From contig JARRQT010000042.1 in assembly GCA_037381445.1 (NCBI GenBank), forward strand, positions 1 to 16,018: a stretch of 16,018 bases of DNA. The letters are read 5' to 3'. The notes beneath the pieces were generated by a model. The model was not told the origin of the DNA. It saw nothing but the letters and a program-made list of their open reading frames with translations, and ran no database searches. A program made the position numbers and the translations under genes. This document shows positions 1 to 7,800 of this stretch, in pieces. The stretch comes from Calditrichia bacterium (lineage in GTDB: Bacteria > Calditrichota > Calditrichia > RBG-13-44-9). The stretch's first letter is position 1. Each line of letters starts with the position of its first letter.

Positions 1-627
1 ATCCAGTGTAACCGTTGAAGGAGAGAGTGGTTTAAAACTGGTGAATTTCATGAAATCCGGATCATAATTCAAATGGGCGTCAAAAGGCCGGGGAGATTTT
101 AAAGCCAGTTTAAAGACAATTATCTTTCTATATTGCTTAACATCAATATATCCGTGAATATCTGATACGTCAATCGGAGTTGACTTGAGGGTACTGAAAT
201 TCTCTAATTCTTTGAGCCCAATGGTACCATACAATTCAGAGATGTCTATTTTATTTCCCTGAATAAAATCCCCCAGGAAAATTGAGGTCAGCAAAAAGCC
301 GATAACAATGCCAACCACAAACGCATAGGCCAGTTTCGGATTGGGACTTGTAAAAAAACGCCGCAGCCTGGAAAATGAAATTGAAAATTGCTTTTGGGAT
401 GGAATTTTTTTGAAATCAACTGAATTCATGATATGTTTTTTCAGGTTCGGAGAAGGTTCGAATTCGGGAATTTCGGAAAGTAAAATGGAGGCCCTTCTCA
501 GATCCTGGTAAAAGGATTGAGCGTCCGGATTGCTCTGCAAATATTTCCGAAGTCTTTGGCAGTCCTTTTCGGATAACTCGCCATCGATTTCCTGATGCAT
601 TAATTCTATATATCGATCTTCAATCAT
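1..627 (-). CDS. Membrane-anchored anti-sigma factor (RsiW/zf-HC2-like N-terminus); 3' end runs off the window
   Basis: Translated by hand: ATG at 627-625 overlaps the sigma stop by 8 nt and the frame is open for 209 codons to position 1. It starts MIEDRYIELMHQEIDGELSEKDCQRLRKYLQSNPDAQSFYQDL (DGEL anti-sigma motif), then EPSPNLKKHIM, then one hydrophobic segment LAYAFVVGIVIGFLLTSIFLG, then a predicted extracytoplasmic part. Confidence 0.85.
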   Translation of the reverse strand, partial: MIEDRYIELMHQEIDGELSEKDCQRLRKYLQSNPDAQSFYQDLRRASILLSEIPEFEPSPNLKKHIMNSVDFKKIPSQKQFSISFSRLRRFFTSPNPKLAYAFVVGIVIGFLLTSIFLGDFIQGNKIDISELYGTIGLKELENFSTLKSTPIDVSDIHGYIDVKQYRKIIVFKLALKSPRPFDAHLNYDPDFMKFTSFKPLSPSTVTLD

Positions 628-1168
628 GGGTTATTACACCTCGTTGGATTAATATCTCTCTCAGAATTTGTCTTGCAGAATAAAGCCGCGATTTCACCTT
701 TCTCACTGGTATATCAAGTATTTCCGAAATTTCATTATAGGAACAATGGGCAAAATGCCTGAGAATAATAATAATTCTGTAATTGGGTTGAAGCTGCATC
801 AGTGACCGCTGGATATTTTCGCTTAACTCAACCTGCAGATAAGTCTGCTCCGGATTCTGCTCTGAACACTGAATAATGGTATCAATATTTTTCCCATCTT
901 TCTTCTTTTTTAAAAAGTTTAATGATTCGTTCACCGCTATCCGGTAAAGCCAACTAAAAAATTTGTATTTTGCATTGAATGTTTTCAGCTTTTCATAGGC
1001 TTTAATAAATACTGTCTGCGTAATATCTTCAGCTTCGTCGAAATCTTTGCAAAATCGATACACCATATTGTAAATAATCTTCTGATATTTATCGACCAAT
1101 CCTTCAAAGGCCGTTTGGTTTCCCTCCAGACATTGCCTTACTAAAAAATGATCATCATTCTTCATCAT
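620..1168 (-). CDS. ECF-family RNA polymerase sigma-70 factor (SigW/RpoE-like)
   Basis: 182 aa. Region 2: EAEDITQTVFIKAY and FFSWLYRIAVNESLN. Region 4: SYNEISEILDIPVRKVKSRLYSAR. The start may be either of two tandem ATGs (1168 or 1165). Confidence 0.95.
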   Translation of the reverse strand: MMKNDDHFLVRQCLEGNQTAFEGLVDKYQKIIYNMVYRFCKDFDEAEDITQTVFIKAYEKLKTFNAKYKFFSWLYRIAVNESLNFLKKKKDGKNIDTIIQCSEQNPEQTYLQVELSENIQRSLMQLQPNYRIIIILRHFAHCSYNEISEILDIPVRKVKSRLYSARQILREILIQRGVITHD

Positions 1169-1213
1169 AATTACAACTTGTGAGCTAAAATGTTGGTTGT
1201 CTTTTTAATCCAA

Positions 1214-1498
1214 TTATAGAATTTGAAATATCATATCGAAACCGGCATATCTGAACACTTCCCGGATATGCTTATTCAAATTTTTTAAAATTAACTGATT
1301 TCCATTTTCGCTCAACCTTTTTTGCGTTACCAGCAGCACGCTTAATCCGGCACTGGAAATATAATCCAGATCCCGAAAATTGACGGTGCGTGTGGTGTTG
1401 ATTCCATCGAATGCCTCCCTGGCTTTGTCAACTTGAGATGCATCAAACCGCCCTTCCAGCGCGATTTCATTGTCCTCCCCATAACTAATTTCGAACAT
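1214..1498 (-). CDS. STAS-domain anti-sigma factor antagonist (RsbV/SpoIIAA-like)
   Basis: 94 aa. LDYISSAGLSVLL carries the phosphorylatable Ser motif, and the C-terminus has IREVFRYAGF. An AAGGA ribosome-binding site lies upstream and the gene overlaps the upstream gene by 14 nt. Confidence 0.93.
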   Translation of the reverse strand: MFEISYGEDNEIALEGRFDASQVDKAREAFDGINTTRTVNFRDLDYISSAGLSVLLVTQKRLSENGNQLILKNLNKHIREVFRYAGFDMIFQIL

Positions 1499-1904
1499 GA
1501 GTCTTCCTTAAAATTTTAGTCAATGTCAGTTTATTCATATTATTTTTATATTCGCAATTAATATCATCCATATATTTTTTGATCAAATGTATTCCCAGTT
1601 TCCCGGTCGGACGCTTGCTAAGCGGCACAGTTGCGTCATAATCAGCAGCCTGGGTCGGATCGAAGGGCTGCGAATTAAAATCCTTCACGGTCAGCACAAT
1701 CTCGTTTTTCCTTTTGCTCAATCCTATTTCGATATCGCCCATACAACCCGGGCAATATTTTAACATATTTGTAAAAAGTTCTTCCACCACCAGCTCAATT
1801 GCAAATCTGATTTCTTCGTTTAGTCCGTTCCGATGGACGAATGATTGAATGAAGGAGCACATCTGTTCAAGCGAACTGAAATCCCGTTGAAATTTCTTTT
1901 TCAT
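1485..1904 (-). CDS. RsbW/SpoIIAB-like anti-sigma Ser kinase (HATPase_c_2)
   Basis: 139 aa. N-box LVVEELFTNMLKY, a PFDP motif and G2-like RPTGKLGIHLIKKYMD. It lies between the PP2C and STAS genes. Confidence 0.9.
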   Translation of the reverse strand: MKKKFQRDFSSLEQMCSFIQSFVHRNGLNEEIRFAIELVVEELFTNMLKYCPGCMGDIEIGLSKRKNEIVLTVKDFNSQPFDPTQAADYDATVPLSKRPTGKLGIHLIKKYMDDINCEYKNNMNKLTLTKILRKTHVRN

Positions 1905-1941
1905 GATTTTAGAAAAAGCAAATAAATTATTAACAACATTT

Positions 1942-3237
1942 TTATTTGACCTTAACAGCGATCAATGCGATATCGTCCCGGGGAGACTCATCGTGAAGAT
2001 GCAATTTTAATTTTGTCATTAAATGCTGAATAATTCCCCCGGCTGAATCAGCAGCGCAAGTTCTGAATTCCCTTAAGAGCCGTTCCTGTCCGAACATCTC
2101 ATGATTTGAGTTTTCTGCTTCCGTGAAACCATCCGTATAAAGCACCACAGAATCATCTTGCCCGAGTTCAATTCTCCTGATTTCATATGCCGGATTTTTC
2201 AGCCCGTTTAAAGCACACCCGGTTATTTCCAAAGTGCCTGCCGATTTTGAGCTGGAATCAAAGAATAATGCAGGATTATGGCCGGCATTGGACAGTGTTA
2301 ATGTCTTTTTTAAAGGATTAATCACCATGATCAGCATCGTTATGAATATTTCCGGGGGGAGAATCTTATTCAAAATTTGATTTAATTCCTGAAGGACCTG
2401 GTCCACTGAAACAAATTTATAAACGAGTGAATGTAAAATACCCTTAATCATGGTCATGATCATCGCGGCCGATGCGCCATGACCGGCAACATCAGCGAGG
2501 ACAATGCCAATTTCACCATCTCTTAAAGAAAAATAGTCGTAATAATCACCTCCCACTTCTTCAGCAGGACCAAAATAACTTGAAATTTCCAGAAAAGCAG
2601 ACCCGGGATCAATCTTAGGAATCAAATCCTGTTGCATCTTTCTGGCCAGTGCCAATTCATGAGCCAGCCGCTGTTTCTCAATCAATTGCTTCTGCAACTG
2701 CAAATTTTGAATTAATTGCCCCGATTGCGCTGCAATAATGGATAGCAATCTTAAATCTCCCTTTGTAAAAGGCTCTAATGTTTTTTTATTGGTAACTGTC
2801 AATATCCCGATCATTTGTCCCTTAAATTGAATAGGAACGCTTAGAATCGAACGGATCTCTTTTGTCTCCTGATCGTTGGGACTGAAACGCTCATCTGTTG
2901 CCAGATTTTCAACTATAAGCGGTGCTCTATATTTCAGCACCCATCCGGTAAGATGAATGCCAACCTTATAGGTCAATAAACGACTTCGCTGATCTGCCTG
3001 ACGGATCAGGGTTTGGAGCGGATTTTTTTCCTGCAGAGTAATTAATTGTATGGCACCCTGTTCTGCTCTTACGGCTTTGATAGATTTCTCCACGATAATG
3101 TCTAACATTCTTTCTACTTCAAGGGATGAACTTGCTGCCATGGCAAGCTCATTCAGCACCGTGAGCTCTTCCACCGCGGAGCGAAGCCTCGCCACCTCAT
3201 GTTCCAGTTGTTTTAAATCGTTATTTTGAGTTATCAT
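1942..3237 (-). CDS. GAF-domain PP2C-type Ser phosphatase (RsbU/SpoIIE family)
   Basis: N-terminal coiled coil, GAF domain (RSILSVPIQFKGQMIGILTVTNK...FTKGDLRLL), linker ELALARKMQQDLIP, and PP2C motifs VGGDYYD, ADVAGHG, NAGHNP, LYTDGFTEA, RDDIAL. The start is uncertain: ATG at 3237 is preferred over the ORF-track TTG at 3279. Confidence 0.93.
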   Translation of the reverse strand: MITQNNDLKQLEHEVARLRSAVEELTVLNELAMAASSSLEVERMLDIIVEKSIKAVRAEQGAIQLITLQEKNPLQTLIRQADQRSRLLTYKVGIHLTGWVLKYRAPLIVENLATDERFSPNDQETKEIRSILSVPIQFKGQMIGILTVTNKKTLEPFTKGDLRLLSIIAAQSGQLIQNLQLQKQLIEKQRLAHELALARKMQQDLIPKIDPGSAFLEISSYFGPAEEVGGDYYDYFSLRDGEIGIVLADVAGHGASAAMIMTMIKGILHSLVYKFVSVDQVLQELNQILNKILPPEIFITMLIMVINPLKKTLTLSNAGHNPALFFDSSSKSAGTLEITGCALNGLKNPAYEIRRIELGQDDSVVLYTDGFTEAENSNHEMFGQERLLREFRTCAADSAGGIIQHLMTKLKLHLHDESPRDDIALIAVKVK

Positions 3238-3852
3238 AATAGAATATTTGAAAAACGATTCAAATAACAGATAAACCAAAACTGTATAATCTTTTGATTT
3301 AAAAAATATAATGAACTTAAAAAGCGTCTATCACATGCTATATGAGGCTCTCGGAGAACAAATAGAAAAATGACAAAAAAATTCGAAATTGGGCGGAAAG
3401 GGAATTTGGGATAATGGATTGACCATCACAGAGTATCATTTCAGCAGATCGTAAGGAGAATTACGCCAGCAATTTTTTAACTCCTATTTTTTTATAGAAT
3501 AGCCGACTTCCTCAGTGATAATTCTTTTAAATAAATTCCATTAATAAATTAAGCATAATATCTTTTAAATTCAAACAAGATATGGGATATATATCATTTT
3601 CATATTTTGGAGAATATCAGTGATTGAATATGACTTCATTTCCCTGTAAGATAGTTCAACCGACATCCTGGTATATAATAGATATCCGGATTCGGATTTT
3701 CCGATAACATAAAAAATTTAAAAGAGCAGAGCAGAAAGTGAAAAATTGTAATGAAGATGATTCAATTAAGGCAAAAGTGGATTTGAAGGATATAAATTCC
3801 AAAAGTTCTTATCAATATCGCTGCAATATCTGATGCTTGCCCCACAATCACA

Positions 3853-3881
3853 TTGATTTTTAAATCAAAATTTTGTATTAT
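3853..3881 (+). promoter_or_regulatory. Candidate sigma70-type promoter with an overlapping inverted repeat
   Basis: TTGATT (3853-3858), 17-nt spacer, TATTAT (3876-3881). The inverted repeat TTGATTT-tt-AAATCAA spans 3853-3868. The AT-rich context makes a chance match possible. Confidence 0.4.
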
Positions 3882-4070
3882 CTATAGTAAATATTTAATA
3901 ATTCTATTAAATATTTACATGCTCAAAAACATTTTCAATAATCCAGCTCGAATCAAATCAGTATGTGATCTTTCTTCGCCGACAACCGCACTGATGTTGC
4001 AGCATTACGGGTCAATCTAATATAAGATTTATGTTGGCTCCCGATCAGTTTTGAGACAGGTGGTGCTAAT

Positions 4071-4211
4071 ATGAATTCTTTGCCCTGCGTCAACAGAAAG
4101 GTCGCCGATTATCGCCCGCCTTCAATTGGATATTCTTGTTCATTTATCTCACAAATTCTATTACAGCGCTTTATAGTATTTAGTGCAATATTGAGTCTGT
4201 GTTCTATTTAA
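4071..4211 (+). CDS. Candidate small ORF (46 aa) with a hydrophobic C-terminal half
   Basis: AGGTGG at 4058-4063 lies 7 nt before ATG 4071. Translation: MNSLPCVNRKVADYRPPSIGYSCSFISQILLQRFIVFSAILSLCSI*. No homology recognised. Confidence 0.25.
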   Translation: MNSLPCVNRKVADYRPPSIGYSCSFISQILLQRFIVFSAILSLCSI

Positions 4212-4249
4212 ATAAATGATCTTTATATCATCAAGTAGGGGGACTTAAT

Positions 4250-4765
4250 ATGGATAAGACAACTTATCTTTTACGGAGCCTTTTTCTCTGTATTATCCTT
4301 AGTTTATTGTACTCAATATGTATTTTCGCGCAAAACCAGCCCAGTGCCCTGGAAAAACTGGCGCTGGAAGCCGAAATGATTGTAACAGGGAAGGTGACAC
4401 AATTAGAATCCAATTGGAATGAAAAGCAAACGCGAATCTATACTACGATTACAATTAATGCAGATCAATTTCTGAAAGGAGAACAGTCTGATCATACGAT
4501 TACCATCAAGGAACCGGGAGGTGAAGTTGGAGAAACAGGAGAACTATATACACATGTGCCAAAATTCAGCATGAACGAAGAAGTACTGCTATTTGTGAAA
4601 AAAGACAAAAGCAATAATCTGCGTGTTGCGGGGGGAGCAAAAGGAAAATTGTCAATCATAACGGATAAAAACACCGGTTCGAAAACAATCAATGGGCGGC
4701 AGAGCTACAACATCCTATTAAAGAAAATCAGCAAAATACTGGATAAGGAAGAACTGAAAAAATAA
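4250..4765 (+). CDS. Secreted protein with a TIMP/NTR-like OB-fold domain of the type associated with bacterial matrixin-family proteases
   Basis: AGGGGGA ribosome-binding site and an N-terminal signal peptide (probable cleavage after ...SICIFA). Pattern AEMIVTGKVTQLESNW...IYTTITINADQFLKG...ITIKEPGGEVG...PKFSMNEEVLLFV. The fold call comes from motif recognition only. Confidence 0.7.
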   Translation: MDKTTYLLRSLFLCIILSLLYSICIFAQNQPSALEKLALEAEMIVTGKVTQLESNWNEKQTRIYTTITINADQFLKGEQSDHTITIKEPGGEVGETGELYTHVPKFSMNEEVLLFVKKDKSNNLRVAGGAKGKLSIITDKNTGSKTINGRQSYNILLKKISKILDKEELKK

Positions 4766-4825
4766 TGATTTATAAGATACCTGAAATTTATTTGTCCGGA
4801 ATATAATCCAAAAAAGAGGGAGATC

Positions 4826-7800
4826 ATGAAAAATATAAGAAACAAACCCATCCTTTTTTTGAGAATTATTATTCTCCTTTTATTTAGTTTAGTTCTGTTT
4901 ACAGATTTCCTGCCTGCACAGGAACGACCCGAAATCACATTACTTCCCGGTTATTCTGCAGAATATTTTTACCGTAATGTGCCCAGACCTGATGGCATCG
5001 CGGTCCGGACAGATGATACTCTATTGATTGTGAATGAAATTGACCCCACGGGAGTTTTTGTGGCGTCCAGAGGTGATCAATTCAACATTAACGGTCGCTA
5101 TTGCGAGACCGGCCCCCCATTTAACAGTCCGGATGATATATTGCAGTATCATGGAGACAGCGTTTTCGTAGTTGATGGCCAGGCCCAAACTTTATTTCTC
5201 GTTTTCCCGGGCGGTAGTCCCATACCTTTCGTTACATCGGAAGATATTACAATTGAAAATCAGTTTAATCCGTTCGGTATTGCACTGGCTCCATCGTCAT
5301 TTGATGGTGACAGTGTGGATCCTGGTGATCTAATTATCGCGGATATTGCATTCGGCTGGCCAGATGAAAAAGCAATATGGGCCATCAATCCTGTAACAGG
5401 TGATGAAAAAGTTTTGGCGAGAGGAAATATTTTTGAACATGGGCCATATCAGGTAGCCTTTAGTCCGGACGGCATCCTTTATATGATTGAAAGCGATGCA
5501 AGTGGAACTGAAGATACGAGGATTGTCACCATAGATGCAGATGGGACTGTTACCCCATTTCTGACCGGAATTCCGAGTACTGGTAATTTAGCAGTACATC
5601 CGGTTACCGGAGAGGTATTCTTCGGAGTCTATGAATTGGGGGAAATCCGGCGTATTTCACCCAGTCATGGCAATTTATTATATCCGAGCACCTCAGAAGT
5701 ATTTGCTTCAGGATTTGAAGAATTTCAGGATTTCCAATTCAGCCCCGATGGAGAAGTATTATATGTGAGTGCTTTTTTCCCAAGCTCCAATGATATTATT
5801 GCGATAAGGAAAACACACACATTTATGGTCACTACATACAATGATGATGGAGCAGGTTCATTAAGAGCCGTCATTGATAGTGCAAATGCAAAGCCCGGCC
5901 TTGACAGCATACACTTCAACATTCCCGGAACGGGCCCGCATACAATTCAACTATCTTCGCAACTACCGCAGATTACCGATCCCGTCACCATCGATGGCTA
6001 CACACAATCCGGAGCATCCCCGGCCACTTCTACAACGAATGCCGTTCTAATGGTTGAAATAGATGGTCAATACACAGATGTTTGTCTTGATATCACTTCC
6101 GGGGAGAGCACCATCAGGGGATTGACAATTAATCGATGTTCGGCTGCCGGAATATCGCTGTATATAGGAGGCGGCAATATTATCGAGGGCAATTTCCTGG
6201 GCACGAATATCAGCGGAACCGCAGGGCTGGGTAACTATCGGGGTATTCTTATAATTGCGTCATCCGGCAATACAATCGGAGGCACAACGCCCGAATCCCG
6301 CAATATTATTTCCGGAAATAGTTACCGCGGGATAAGCCTTGGGGAGGGGACGGGAAATGTAATAACGGGCAATTATATTGGAACGAATGCCGCCGGCACA
6401 GAGCCTGTACCAAATGGCAACATCGGTTTGCTTATCCTCTCCGCGGATAGCACGGTTGTTGGCGAGGCAGATAGTGGTGCCAGAAATGTCATCTCCGGTA
6501 ATGATGGAAATGGCATAATAATTTCAAATTCCACCAATAGTAGAATTATCGGAAACTTCATTGGCACCGATCCCTCAGGAACAATCCAAATTGCCAATCA
6601 AATCGGTATCACTATCAGCGCTGCTTCTGATAATATAATTGGCGGATCTTCACCAGAGACTCGCAATGTTATCTCAGGAAACAGTGATGATGGAATAAAT
6701 ATTCTTGGGAGCACCAGTGAAAATAATGGGATTACAGGCAACTTCATCGGTGTCGCCGCAGACGGATCCACCGCATTGGGAAATGGGGATAATGGCATTT
6801 ATATTGAATCGCCCAATAACATAATTGGCGGACCAGCGGATTTTATGAATGTCATCTCCGGGAATGCAAGTTACGGTATTGTCATTGCAGGTACGGATGC
6901 AGCAGGCAACCGGATCGCAGGAAATTATATTGGGACAGATGCCTCCGGGACTACCGATTTAGGCAACAGCCAGGGTGGAATCTACATCGGAAATGGCGCA
7001 TCAGACAACATCATTGGCGGAACAACTCCTGAGGCACGTAACATAATTTCCGCAAATGGAGAAAATCCTCCGCCTGTCCAACCGGGACCGGTTCATGGAA
7101 TTGTAATGGATGGAGTCGGTTCTAATGGCAATATCATAAGCGGAAACTACATCGGAACAGATGTAACAGGGGAAGTGGCGCTTGGCAACGGCGGCGATGG
7201 CATTCATGTTAGAAACGGTGCTTCGGACAATACAGTAGAAGGCAATGTCATCTCAGGGAATGAAACGACGGCGATATCAATTTTCGGGGACGGAACCGAG
7301 AATAATTTTGTGTGCAGAAATCTAATTGGATTAGATGCTGCCGGAACAGCGAATATAGGACAGCCTGCAGGCACGGGTGTTTATATTGGAATGTCAGCCA
7401 GCAACAATCATATTGGCGGTGCCAGTCCCGATTCGGGCAATTTTATCACGGGCTCAGGTTGGGCTGGTTTTTATACGGATAGTTCAGGTGCAACAAATAA
7501 TAAAATAATCAGCAATTGCTTTGGAACTGATATAAATAAACAAATTGACCCTACTTATGCGAATAGAATAGGAATTCTCCTCTGCAATGCTTCAGGATAT
7601 GCAATCGGCGGTGCTTCGGAGGGCGAAGGTAACCTTATTGCAAACTGCCTGAATGAGGGAATACTTTTGCAGGATACCAGTTCCTATAATCTGATTGCAG
7701 GCAATGAGATCATTAATAACGGCACCTCCGGTATCAATGTAACAAACGGCACCGGGAATAATATAGCGGCGAACCGCATATCTGCAAACGGGGGACTGGG

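Noticed and set aside
620..1168. ECF sigma activated by direct phosphorylation (EcfK/EcfP type), given the nearby Ser/Thr kinase
   Set aside because: Region 2.2 keeps the acidic EAED motif and a cognate anti-sigma is present, unlike the phosphorylation-dependent ECFs.
3238..3279. TTG-initiated 14-aa N-terminal extension of the phosphatase
   Set aside because: It has no clear RBS and is AT-rich, and ATG 3237 directly precedes the coiled coil. The extension is disfavoured but not excluded.
3450..3465. CGTAA-GGAGAA-TTACG hairpin resembling a CsrA site
   Set aside because: It is a single weak 5-bp stem, far from any plus-strand start codon, and compatible with chance.
4055..4125. Fragments resembling riboswitches (GGTGCTAAT as in SAM-I, CGCCCGCCT as in ZTP, and GACGCA/GGCAAA on the minus strand as in c-di-GMP-I)
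   Set aside because: The other required conserved elements and their order are missing, and the downstream genes do not fit SAM or ZTP control.
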